Below are positions 39,026 through 49,009 of a stretch of 64,000 nt of DNA, piece by piece. This DNA comes from a virus. The notes beneath the pieces were generated by a model that searched no databases, was not told where the DNA came from, and saw only the letters and a program-made list of their open reading frames with translations. The stretch is taken from IMG/VR virus record IMGVR_UViG_3300002898_001527, one strand, 5' to 3'. Every line of letters starts with the position of its first letter. Positions within the stretch are counted from its first letter, which is position 1. A program made the position numbers and the translations under genes.

Positions 39026-39869
39026 ATCCTTCTAGATATTCTGCAATTCTTGAATTATCATAAATATCTTGAAGACTTCGTTGCCTCTGGTTTTCCATAT
39101 CTTGCCAGCTATTATCGTTTTGAACAATATGCCTACTTTTAATTGCTTTTGAGCGGTTACAATTTGCTTGCATCATTCTCTTGCGTGCTGCCTCTATTTG
39201 TTCTAGGCTTTCGATATTTAGTTGCCCAAAAGCATTATCAACGTCTTCCTCGTAGCTAACAGATCGATTAATATTTCCGGCATGCAAATCATTCGGATTC
39301 ACTTTTCCACGCAGAGCTTTTGATGCACGCTTTTCTCGAAGCAATCTTTCAGCTTGTTTTTCAGATTGTCGTAATTCATGAGCTTTATGAGCAATGATAC
39401 TGTTTTTCATTTTTTCTGCTTTTTCTTCCATAATTTCTTCGAGAATGCCGGGATTACTTGCAAAAATAGAACCCGCCTGGGAACCATATTTAAAATATGA
39501 ACGATAATTATCTCCATTATCAACAGCATATTCATCTCTATTAATCGCAGATTCACGAATAATTGTTTGATTATCTGCGGAAAGATCTCGCATAGATTTG
39601 ATACTGGACTGGTTATATTTATTTGGCTTAAGTGCCTGCATAAAGTACTCTTCATTATATTTTTGTTTTTCTCCACCAGTCCTTTGAGATAACATTTTTT
39701 GTCTTGCTGCTCTTTTCGCATTTAATCTAGAAATTTCCGCCTCTATGGATAAAAGTTCCTCATCCTCATCTTCTTCCTCTGTCTGCTCTGGAAGATCAAT
39801 ATATTCCCGTGTATCAAAGTCTGCCTCAGAGAATTTGTTAATTTTACTTTTTCTAATGAACTTTGACAT
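39006..39869 (-). CDS. Hypothetical charged helical protein
   Basis: Likely ATG 39869 with GGAG (the track starts at 39881). Confidence 0.65.
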   Translation of the reverse strand: MSKFIRKSKINKFSEADFDTREYIDLPEQTEEEDEDEELLSIEAEISRLNAKRAARQKMLSQRTGGEKQKYNEEYFMQALKPNKYNQSSIKSMRDLSADNQTIIRESAINRDEYAVDNGDNYRSYFKYGSQAGSIFASNPGILEEIMEEKAEKMKNSIIAHKAHELRQSEKQAERLLREKRASKALRGKVNPNDLHAGNINRSVSYEEDVDNAFGQLNIESLEQIEAARKRMMQANCNRSKAIKSRHIVQNDNSWQDMENQRQRSLQDIYDNSRIAEYLEGYDDEIE

Positions 39870-39894
39870 AGTTATCTCCAATAGTTTGGCATTG

Positions 39895-40224
39895 TTAACG
39901 GCTTAAATTCTTAAGCTGTTCTTTTAAAAACCGCATAGCTTGCTTGCTATTTTTTGTCTTAACGGTTACTTTATTATACTTATTCAAATCATTTTTATTA
40001 TTGTTTTTCTCTTCTTTTTTATTATCATTTAGATTAATTCCGCCAGAAATAATGGCGGGGGTTGAGTTAGCATCTTCTTTGTGAAAAGATGCTACTTTTT
40101 TTTCATTCGCAGTAGAAAGTAATTTCTTCGCATCCGATGGAATGAAATTTGTATTAATTGCTTGAATATACTTATTTAATGATTTTTCGACATTTTCGGC
40201 TCTTTTAATTTTATTACTTTTCAA
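39895..40224 (-). CDS. Small basic hypothetical protein
   Basis: 109 aa ORF; TTG start with GGAGG. Confidence 0.6.
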   Translation of the reverse strand: MKSNKIKRAENVEKSLNKYIQAINTNFIPSDAKKLLSTANEKKVASFHKEDANSTPAIISGGINLNDNKKEEKNNNKNDLNKYNKVTVKTKNSKQAMRFLKEQLKNLSR

Positions 40225-40225
40225 A

Positions 40226-41152
40226 TTATCCTCCAGTTACTGGGTCAATATCTTTGACCATATCGTCGATCCATTGTGGATCTTGATAACCAAGTTCATT
40301 TTTCCAATAGTCTTTAATGCGTTGCACAACGTCGGCATCAAGTTTATTTTGTGATTCTTTTACGAAAGCCTTAATCATGCTTTGTTTAATTTTATTGTCA
40401 GTATTTAATGAAGCAATTTTCGTAATATTTTCCATAATTTCTATATTTTTAGGATTATGCACCGCTTGCACATAGAGTGTAGCAGTTGTTTCCGGGATAC
40501 CAAGAGCAACGAGTCGATTCGCAATTATATTCCTTGCAGTATTTGTATATTCATTCTTGGGAACAATTTTCTCTTTTTGTTTTGCTACTTTTGCAACTTT
40601 TTTAACCTGTTTCACTTGTTTTGCCTGCTTGGCCATATTCATTCTTTCAATTGCTTCGGCTTTACGAAGGAGCGATTTTCTGAACTCGCTTCGAATTTCT
40701 TTAGCTCTATTCAAGTTTTCGATATCGCCAACTTTTCTCGCAGCTTCAAGATATGCATGATTTGGAATACGAATAGTATCGCCACCGAAAGCAATTTCAT
40801 CAGCAGATTGCGCCATAACAATCTTTCTTTGTTTATTTGCTGTTTCCACTGCTGCCTCCTTTTTCATATTTTCCTTGGCATTGATTTTTGATTTCCTAAT
40901 GACAGATGCTGCTCTTGGAAGCAGTTCTTTTCCTTCGTCTTCGTCTTCGTCTTCATCTGGGACAAATTCTTCGTCTTTGTCTGGGACTAATTCTTCATCT
41001 GGGACTAATTCTTCATCTGGGACTAATTCTTCATCTGGGACTGATTCTTCGCCCCCATCCTCATTCATAAGCTCTGCCCAATTAACTTCTTCTAAATTAA
41101 TCTTTGCTGTCTTAACATTTGCGGTTCTACTTGGATAAATTTTGAACGCCAT
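40226..41152 (-). CDS. Hypothetical protein with acidic VPDEEL repeats and basic C-terminal half
   Basis: 308 aa ORF with SD GAGGGAG; 18-bp repeats at about 40955-41045. Confidence 0.7.
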   Translation of the reverse strand: MAFKIYPSRTANVKTAKINLEEVNWAELMNEDGGEESVPDEELVPDEELVPDEELVPDKDEEFVPDEDEDEDEGKELLPRAASVIRKSKINAKENMKKEAAVETANKQRKIVMAQSADEIAFGGDTIRIPNHAYLEAARKVGDIENLNRAKEIRSEFRKSLLRKAEAIERMNMAKQAKQVKQVKKVAKVAKQKEKIVPKNEYTNTARNIIANRLVALGIPETTATLYVQAVHNPKNIEIMENITKIASLNTDNKIKQSMIKAFVKESQNKLDADVVQRIKDYWKNELGYQDPQWIDDMVKDIDPVTGG

Positions 41153-41272
41153 GTTTCATTCTCCCTCAAGATATATTACCCATTACAATGGGTTTATTTA
41201 AAATAGATTTATTACTTACTACTTAAATTTCCTTTAAATTACTTTAATTATTTCTATTCTTATAAATTATTA

Positions 41273-41677
41273 TTAATTCCTTTTTTCTTTTTTAAATTTA
41301 TTCATAGGATTTTTTGTAATAATTAATTCACTTGATTCTGGATCAAAATCAACATAATCATTTACTTCTACTCCCATTTTTTCAAAAAAGTCCTTGCTGG
41401 CTTCAATAACATATTTAATATTTCTTTTCTTAGGATATACGGGTTTTGTACTTAATTTTTCTAATTCCATGAAACATTCTATTTCAAATTTTTCATTCAA
41501 ACACGCAAGTGACAAATCATAATTAACATTTTTATTCCAGAATGAATGCCCAGATGCTTTTGGAAAAATAAAGAAAGCACACTCGTCCTCTTTTAATTTT
41601 CTAAAGTTCATTAAACCTTGAGCACGTTCTTCCATGTTATCACATAATTTAACTATTTTTAGTCTAATTTCTTTCAT
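41273..41677 (-). CDS. DUF192-family protein
   Basis: ERAQGLMNFRKL..DECAFFIF...HSFWNKNV.YDL...YVIEA...F..MGV.V.D pattern. Confidence 0.85.
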   Translation of the reverse strand: MKEIRLKIVKLCDNMEERAQGLMNFRKLKEDECAFFIFPKASGHSFWNKNVNYDLSLACLNEKFEIECFMELEKLSTKPVYPKKRNIKYVIEASKDFFEKMGVEVNDYVDFDPESSELIITKNPMNKFKKEKRN

Positions 41678-44600
41678 GATATTTCCTTAAGCATTTTTGC
41701 TATTAATTTGTCTAATTTATCAGCAATTTCAAATTGATTAGTTTTATCTAAATAATTAGCAAATTTAATTAATTTGTGTACTTGTGCTTGTGTCTCTTCT
41801 GCTTCAAAAAATGGTGGTTTTGGTGATTCTTTGCCTACTCTTTGAGGAGTTCTTGTACCTGGTTCCATTAGTATAAGACCTTTTTCTTCCTCTTCTACTA
41901 AGTTTGCACCACGAGGAGTTGATTTATATGTAATAAATTGTGCAATACCTATTTTATCAGCAAGATCTCTCAGATTTTCTATTGTTACAGGATCCATATC
42001 TAAATTCTTTTTAGAATATTCAATTGATTCTATAAAAGCATCTCTTAATGAATAAGATTGTTCTAATTTTGCTCTATAATTTTGTATAAAACTATCTTCC
42101 TTAGAAGAACTTATTTTCTTAAATTCATTTTTAAATTGTATATCTGTAAGATAAAATGCAGCCTGAATAGCTAAGAATAATTGATTCTGGGTAATTTGTT
42201 GCTCTGAAGCACCCCAGAGAGCAAATATGTTAATTATTTCTAATCCATTTTTAACAAGTACATTGTTTTCAATAAAGTCATTAACAAGTTTCTGTCTGGG
42301 ATCTGCTAATGTTTTTGCTAATTCTATTGCTTTTAATTCATTTCTTTCTTTATTTTTTTCAGTTGCATTGGTTATTAATCTGTAAATTCTAAACTCAATT
42401 TCTCCTTGCTCATCTTGACTAAAACCAGTATGGAATTTCGTATATTTCTTTACGATTTGCTTAACTTTCTTTCTAGCTTCCCATTCAGCAGAACCCAATG
42501 GGCCTTCTATTACTAATTTATCATATAAGTTTTTAATATTGTTAACCAAATTATCTATAGTAGCTAAAAACATTGGATGTATAAATTTACTAGCACTTTC
42601 ATAAATATCTCTTTGCATGAAAACAATACCAAAGGTATCACCTTCCGCCGCAACGGGAGTGCCTCCACCTTGTGCCCAAGTAATCCCACAGAAACGAGTA
42701 ATAAATATTTGCATAACATCTTTAATAAAACTTTCTTTCTTTTCTGTGTCTTCAGGAGTTAATAATATTTCTTTTACTTGATTTACAATAGATTGTACCA
42801 GTATATTTAAATTATTCATAAAATTATTATATTGTTGCTGATATTCTTGAGCAGTTACGGTATGCTCTTTTGTAGATTGAATAACTCCAGGTAATTTAAT
42901 TAATTCTTGATCATTATTATTTTGGATTCTGCGCATATATATATTATTGACAAGAGAAACTATTTTATTATCTCTATAATTAAGAGACATATTTTGACGA
43001 TATTTTTCATTCAATAGCATTTTTTGTATGAAACTTTTTACATACTGATCTATGAACGAATTTTCACATAAATACTGTGGGTCAATATTACCTTCTCTAT
43101 AGGCAAAAGTAAAACTCGCAATAGCACTTGCTTCTTTTGTTTTATTTGTTATATAAGCTTGTAAAATTCTATTCTCACCTATTGATCTATCTTCATTAAG
43201 AATTAAATAACATAAAATATTATTAATAGACATTGCTATTATAGGTTCTTGATCTTCTTTTTTCAATAATGCTACAGTTAATACTGGTATAGTATCTTTT
43301 TCTTCTTTACTTAATAATGCTGCATTTTCTGAATAACTCATTACTTCTTCTGGAGTATTAAATATAATTGTTTGCACTTCTTGATTTTTAATTTTTTCTT
43401 GCAAGAAAACTGTAATTTCATCTTTAAGAGCAGAATCGCCTTTTGCAAATATTTTTTCTTGCTTAATCCGAGCAGCATTTCTTAATGCCAAATCAATTGA
43501 AAATCCTAAATATTGATCATATTCATCATCTGATGCAACAATTGGATAAAATACTTTTTCTGATATAGAAGCTTTTCCTTCTTCTATAGACATTTCTTCT
43601 TCTATAGACATTAATTCTTGATAAATAAGCAATTTTTTTACTGAAATAGGTGCATTCCTAATTGTATTATTAAAATAACATTTTCTTAATAAGGACGTAA
43701 TTATATCTGCAAATAATCTATGAACTCTTTGTTCTGGATAAAATTGTTGATTAATGCTATGCGCAAGCAATGTAATTTGTGGATATAATGCTCCATTTTT
43801 ATTTACTGCAGCTAAAAAAGTCTCCTCATCCATTTCTCGTGTTTGATTTAATATATCTAAAATATTATTAAATATATTCGACATAACTTGTATAGTATAA
43901 AGTTCTTTAAAATTATGAATTTCTTGTTTATTTTCTTGATCTTTGCTTCGCTCATGACTAGTAGTATTTTTTTCATATAGAATATAAGCCAAGGAATAAA
44001 AAAGCTCATAATCTAAATAATCAATTTTATCATCTCGAATTTGTAATAATTCATTTCTCAGATTATTAAAAATAAAATTATTATATTCCATTGTTGCTGC
44101 TAAATTATTAGTATTATAATCTCTAAGATTTATTAAGAATTCTAGATTATTTGAATTATTATAAGAATTTGTTTTTGTTAAAAATGTTTTTATTGCCGAA
44201 TCAAAATAACTAAGTGAATCTTTTAATATTACAACACTATTTCTAGGAGTAATATTTTCAACCAAATTTAATGATAAAGTATTATTATTTATTTCAAAAA
44301 ATGGTAATTGATTATTTGGAGATCTATTCAACTTTTGAACTCTATTTGTATGTGTAATTATTCCAGCATACAATCCCATAATTGACATAATATTTTTTAA
44401 TTTTAATTGTCTATATTGATCAATTAAATTATTAAATGTCTCGTCTTCTAAATATTGATTTTCTTCTTCATCAAAAGAAATTGTAAGATTTTGTATTCTA
44501 TTTTGAATAACATAATCTGAAATATTATTGAAAATAGATCTCATTTCAATAAAATCTCTTTTTTCACCAAGCAATTCAAGTAATCTAGATGCGCACAGTT

Positions 44601-47600
44601 GCATTATTTTAATTATTAATAAACGGAAATCTCCAGTATCAAAAAATAGTTGCAAAGTTTTATCATTTGCCATTAATTCATCTATAATAGTAAATGTTTT
44701 AACATTTCTAGGAATTAATTCTTTAGAAATAGATTCAATGGAATGGCGAGATGCAAAATCATGAATTGTTTCTAAAATGTTTAGCATTTCTCCATCTGGA
44801 CCCATAATTTCTATGGCCACTTGCCCTTTAATTTTCCTATCGTATCCTCCTAATTCATTCATTACACGAGTATCACAATGATAACGACTAATTCTCGCAG
44901 CATTGCCTCTTAATGAAGAAAGAAAAGAATAAGAAGGATCAATATTTTTTGCTAATGATGCATCCCATGGTGCAAGTTGTTGCGTAAAGAATTTATTTGT
45001 TCGTACTCTTGCTTGAGTAATTGAATCATAATAAATAAATTCAGGGAAATAATATGAAATAGCAATATTATATAATTGATTGGCTATTTCGGTTATTGCC
45101 TCATAATTTGTATGATTAAAAAATAAATCTTTATTAGTTAGCTCTTTAGGATCTGTTCTTCTTTTACTTCTTGTCCCAGGCTCACTAATAACCCTCGCAG
45201 CACCACTTTTTGCAGTTTTGCGGGCAGAATTCATAGCTAAAACAAAACATATATTATATAATATTTCAGAAGTTTTATTATATAAGAAAACAAAATCATT
45301 CATAAATTGTTGTATATTATTATCTGGATAATTATATAATTGTTGACCTATTTTTGTAACGTCTTCTTTTTTATATAAAGCAGCTTGAGATTGTATATGA
45401 TTTGATAAATGCATTAGTAATTTAGCTTGTAATTCTGTTTTATTACTTTGTGTTTCATATGTATTTACTTCTTCTTTAGAAATAGTATAAGAAACCCATT
45501 TTGAGTCTCTTCTTGTCCTATCTTCTTTATCTTTAACAAAAGCATTAAATCGTAATCCAATTAATAAATCATTTCCATATTTACTTCTTGCTTCTCTATA
45601 AATCATTTTCATTCTCTCACTAAGTTCTTTATTTTCAATAAGGAATGTAAATGATTCACGTAATTTATTTATATTATTATTATTTAATGCATCCAATAAT
45701 TCATCTGCTTGTACCGATGGTGGTCGCGGCGGAGTAAGCTCCTCAATCCCCGGAGCATTCTTCCAAAATTCCCCAAGCCACGGCATCCCCTGAGCAAATA
45801 CTATTCTTTGCGATATCTGACTTTCTTTAATATTAAATATTGAATTAAATGTATTTCTTATTTTTTTAATTTTTGATTTTAATTTTGTATTATCAAGTGC
45901 ATATTCATCTATAATAATATTCAAATAATTGTCAATTTTCTCTGGTACAGGAATATTGGTATCTCGTTCTTTATAAGTATTAATTAGTGCTAGAAGAGCA
46001 TTGCTTTTAAAATAAGCACTATCCGCGCATTCTGTTAAAAAAATAATATCATTATCAATAGAATCTACTTCTTTTTCACTAGCTATATCTTCAACTATTG
46101 CTTTTTGCTGCATTTCTATATTGTCTGCTTGTGATGTCTGATTATCTGGATCATCTTCACTGTATTTATATAGTCTATGAAATTTTTTTGTTAATGAAGT
46201 TATAGAATTATTTTCTGAAGAGTCAGTTTCTAAAGAATCAGTTTCCGGAGAACCAATTGGCTCTTGCTCTACTGGCGATTGTTCTAAACTTTGATACTGA
46301 GACGGAGGTGGAACTTGAACCTGTGGTTTTAATTCCACAGGTTGTACTGGCATATTATGTATATCGAAAGTTTGTTTGGGTTTTAATATTGATAACCTAA
46401 GACCTTCTAATAAATTTATTAAACCATTTATAAATTTATTAACCGGGATTCTTTTATTAATTATTAAATCAAATGCTCGTGACTTTTCTAAGAAAGATGA
46501 ATACTGTGAAGTAGAAGATAATGGAGAAATAGCTGGAACTTTTTTATATTGATCTAATATAAAAGCATATTTTACTGCATCATTGAAATTTTTAATTTTA
46601 TTCGCAAGAATATCATCTATATCTACATCTTCTTCTAGCAAATCTTCATATTGATTATTTTCAAAATTTTCACGACCTTTTGAAACTAAATAATCACCAT
46701 AGTCATCTAGTAAAATATCTAATTCTTTTCTTGCAGTTAGCAATGATATAAATGGAAGATTTAGAATCTTTCCATGTATATTTATAAATTCTGCATTTAT
46801 AATTTTATAAATTAATTGATTAATAGGATTAACATAATTATTTATTTCTTCTTTTTTCTTCTGTTCTATTTCTTGTTTTAATTTTTCTTTTTCAGTTACT
46901 TCCTCTTCATTTTCGGGTTCCTGCTGTTCTTCTGTATCCTGTTCTGGGGCTTCATCATTTGATGTCTTCTTTGTTTCATTTATTTTGAATTTCTTTTCTT
47001 GTTTTTCAAGAAATTGATCAAATTTAATAATGCCATCTCTAATTTTAGTTAGTTCTTCATTATGCTCAGAAAAAGCTATATTCTCTTCACTTGGGAAATT
47101 CTGTATTAATTCATTGCGTTTTGCTTTATCTTGTTCCCACCACGAACTATTTAATATATTTTGTAATGCTTCAACTAATTTTTCACTATCTGGATTTCTT
47201 TCATCTTGAAAAAACTCTTTAATTGCTGGATTATCTTCAAGAGCTAATGAGTCATATGCTTTCGTCTCTCTTTTTTTAACTCTATCTCTATCTTCTTCAG
47301 ACAAGAAATCATAATTATATGGTTCTACTTTTGTATTCCGATATGGCAACATTGGATCAATCATCGGAATATATGCCATTCCAGACCATTTGGTTCTTCT
47401 GTCTGATATACCTCGTAGAATTTCAGGAATATCTGCTGTCTCTGGAACTTCCGGCATTTCAATGTCTCCAGGAATTCCAATACCTCCAGGCATTCCAAGA
47501 ATTCCAGGATTTTCAAATTTATCATTTGATATTTTTACTTGTGCAAACTTGTTTAATTTTTGTGCCTTTTTAATCAATGGGGCATCAAAAGTAGATGGCT

Positions 47601-47961
47601 GTGACATAATTGCCTTACTTAATGCCATTTTTCCAGCTTCAGTAAATTGAATCGAATTATTTCCAATATTTTTAATTAATCCAGCGGATGATAAATTGGT
47701 AATATCGCCAAGGCCAATATTTCTTGGAATTACATAAATCTTTCTTTCTTCCGGAATATTTAAAGCCTGTTGAACATTATAAGATGCAGTTTTTTGTTTA
47801 TTTTCATCCCAAATCGTATATAAAAGATTTCTCTGTTTTTCAGTAGTTTTTAAAAATTTAATCTTGACATCTTTTTTGCTATCTTCAATACCACTAAATG
47901 AAAATATATCAAAATTATTTTCTATATCAAAATGATGCATGGGACGAATGCGAAATGGCAT
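41674..47961 (-). CDS. Very large (about 2.1 kaa) helical protein, probable internal virion protein
   Basis: Likely ATG 47961 with SD AGGAGG (the track starts at 48018). C-terminal KLIKFANYLD motif is shared with the ferritin. Confidence 0.6.
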   Translation of the reverse strand: MPFRIRPMHHFDIENNFDIFSFSGIEDSKKDVKIKFLKTTEKQRNLLYTIWDENKQKTASYNVQQALNIPEERKIYVIPRNIGLGDITNLSSAGLIKNIGNNSIQFTEAGKMALSKAIMSQPSTFDAPLIKKAQKLNKFAQVKISNDKFENPGILGMPGGIGIPGDIEMPEVPETADIPEILRGISDRRTKWSGMAYIPMIDPMLPYRNTKVEPYNYDFLSEEDRDRVKKRETKAYDSLALEDNPAIKEFFQDERNPDSEKLVEALQNILNSSWWEQDKAKRNELIQNFPSEENIAFSEHNEELTKIRDGIIKFDQFLEKQEKKFKINETKKTSNDEAPEQDTEEQQEPENEEEVTEKEKLKQEIEQKKKEEINNYVNPINQLIYKIINAEFINIHGKILNLPFISLLTARKELDILLDDYGDYLVSKGRENFENNQYEDLLEEDVDIDDILANKIKNFNDAVKYAFILDQYKKVPAISPLSSTSQYSSFLEKSRAFDLIINKRIPVNKFINGLINLLEGLRLSILKPKQTFDIHNMPVQPVELKPQVQVPPPSQYQSLEQSPVEQEPIGSPETDSLETDSSENNSITSLTKKFHRLYKYSEDDPDNQTSQADNIEMQQKAIVEDIASEKEVDSIDNDIIFLTECADSAYFKSNALLALINTYKERDTNIPVPEKIDNYLNIIIDEYALDNTKLKSKIKKIRNTFNSIFNIKESQISQRIVFAQGMPWLGEFWKNAPGIEELTPPRPPSVQADELLDALNNNNINKLRESFTFLIENKELSERMKMIYREARSKYGNDLLIGLRFNAFVKDKEDRTRRDSKWVSYTISKEEVNTYETQSNKTELQAKLLMHLSNHIQSQAALYKKEDVTKIGQQLYNYPDNNIQQFMNDFVFLYNKTSEILYNICFVLAMNSARKTAKSGAARVISEPGTRSKRRTDPKELTNKDLFFNHTNYEAITEIANQLYNIAISYYFPEFIYYDSITQARVRTNKFFTQQLAPWDASLAKNIDPSYSFLSSLRGNAARISRYHCDTRVMNELGGYDRKIKGQVAIEIMGPDGEMLNILETIHDFASRHSIESISKELIPRNVKTFTIIDELMANDKTLQLFFDTGDFRLLIIKIMQLCASRLLELLGEKRDFIEMRSIFNNISDYVIQNRIQNLTISFDEEENQYLEDETFNNLIDQYRQLKLKNIMSIMGLYAGIITHTNRVQKLNRSPNNQLPFFEINNNTLSLNLVENITPRNSVVILKDSLSYFDSAIKTFLTKTNSYNNSNNLEFLINLRDYNTNNLAATMEYNNFIFNNLRNELLQIRDDKIDYLDYELFYSLAYILYEKNTTSHERSKDQENKQEIHNFKELYTIQVMSNIFNNILDILNQTREMDEETFLAAVNKNGALYPQITLLAHSINQQFYPEQRVHRLFADIITSLLRKCYFNNTIRNAPISVKKLLIYQELMSIEEEMSIEEGKASISEKVFYPIVASDDEYDQYLGFSIDLALRNAARIKQEKIFAKGDSALKDEITVFLQEKIKNQEVQTIIFNTPEEVMSYSENAALLSKEEKDTIPVLTVALLKKEDQEPIIAMSINNILCYLILNEDRSIGENRILQAYITNKTKEASAIASFTFAYREGNIDPQYLCENSFIDQYVKSFIQKMLLNEKYRQNMSLNYRDNKIVSLVNNIYMRRIQNNNDQELIKLPGVIQSTKEHTVTAQEYQQQYNNFMNNLNILVQSIVNQVKEILLTPEDTEKKESFIKDVMQIFITRFCGITWAQGGGTPVAAEGDTFGIVFMQRDIYESASKFIHPMFLATIDNLVNNIKNLYDKLVIEGPLGSAEWEARKKVKQIVKKYTKFHTGFSQDEQGEIEFRIYRLITNATEKNKERNELKAIELAKTLADPRQKLVNDFIENNVLVKNGLEIINIFALWGASEQQITQNQLFLAIQAAFYLTDIQFKNEFKKISSSKEDSFIQNYRAKLEQSYSLRDAFIESIEYSKKNLDMDPVTIENLRDLADKIGIAQFITYKSTPRGANLVEEEEKGLILMEPGTRTPQRVGKESPKPPFFEAEETQAQVHKLIKFANYLDKTNQFEIADKLDKLIAKMLKEIS

Positions 47962-47971
47962 AAATTCCCTC

Positions 47972-48631
47972 CTATTTCCTAATTTCTGTCTTTCTAAAGC
48001 TATCCCAGAGATTATCACTTAAATCGCCAGTCCCAAGATTATTACTAGGAGTAGGCTGTGGCCCATCTCGCCAGAAGAAACCAATACCGCCAGCAGAAGG
48101 ACTACCATTCAAATCGAAAATCCCCTTAGTATCTTCGTCGGACTTTCCTATTTTTTTGTCACCATAAATCTGAATCTTTTCTCGCTTCTTATCTAAAATT
48201 GCTAGGAATTTCCAATTTTTAATTTCTTTAATAATTTCATTCAAAACATTTTTCTCTTCATCAGAAACATTTATTATTCTAAACTTCTTTCCCTTTTTAT
48301 TATAAATAGCTAAAGAACAATCCTCCATTCTCTCTGGAATTAAATATAAATTTATATTCTTAATATCTTCGCCAAGCAATTCTTCTAATGAAATTTCTGC
48401 AACCAAGGCATAATCATCACCAATTCCCCTAGGACCCTCTCCAACAGGAATATATTGAGGATGATATCTATATTGGCTGCGAATCATTTCATCAAAATTG
48501 CCATCATATTCATAAGGCCACCAACGAGGGCCACCAAATTCTTCTGATAAATTAAATGTCCGAGGAAAAACACCACCAGGAAGACCAAGACCCTGTGCTG
48601 TAATATGGAATTTGGCAAATCGTAGCCACAT
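47972..48631 (-). CDS. Hypothetical protein
   Basis: Likely ATG 48631 (MWLRFAKFHITAQ) with GGAGG. Confidence 0.65.
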   Translation of the reverse strand: MWLRFAKFHITAQGLGLPGGVFPRTFNLSEEFGGPRWWPYEYDGNFDEMIRSQYRYHPQYIPVGEGPRGIGDDYALVAEISLEELLGEDIKNINLYLIPERMEDCSLAIYNKKGKKFRIINVSDEEKNVLNEIIKEIKNWKFLAILDKKREKIQIYGDKKIGKSDEDTKGIFDLNGSPSAGGIGFFWRDGPQPTPSNNLGTGDLSDNLWDSFRKTEIRK

Positions 48632-48660
48632 CTTAATTTCCTCCAACAAATCTTTCTCTA

Positions 48661-48730
48661 CATATTTAACAATTTTATGTAATAAATCCTTCTATATAAA
48701 GGATTTTTTTTAAAATATAATAAAAATATA
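48661..48730. promoter_or_regulatory. Back-to-back divergent AAGGATTT promoters
   Basis: AAATCCTTC-TATAT-AAAGGATTT at 48684-48706, at the strand switch between divergent operons. Confidence 0.6.
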
Positions 48731-48757
48731 TTATATTGTTCGTAGATTGGAAAAAAT

Positions 48758-48970
48758 ATGTCTGAAATAAGAAATGGATTCATAAACAGCACAAGTAGTT
48801 ATGGCAAATGGCAATTTCTTCTTTACCAACAGGAACTAGAACCATGCCTAGGGCACCTAATTGCAGAAAAAGATAAATACTATATTTTAGATTCTTCGCA
48901 AAATGTAATTCTATGCATTCCCTCTGGAAATGTAGCATGTGTTATAAATTTACTCGCAATAGACGAATAA
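48758..48970 (+). CDS. Small hypothetical protein
   Basis: 70 aa ORF. Confidence 0.55.
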   Translation: MSEIRNGFINSTSSYGKWQFLLYQQELEPCLGHLIAEKDKYYILDSSQNVILCIPSGNVACVINLLAIDE

Positions 48971-49009
48971 AATAAAGGAAAATTAAATCTTGATAAGAGT
49001 GTTAACTAA

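Noticed and set aside
41674..47961. Virion RNA polymerase or tape measure
   Set aside because: No DxDGD or other polymerase motif was seen, and there is no Ala/Gly-rich tape-measure periodicity.
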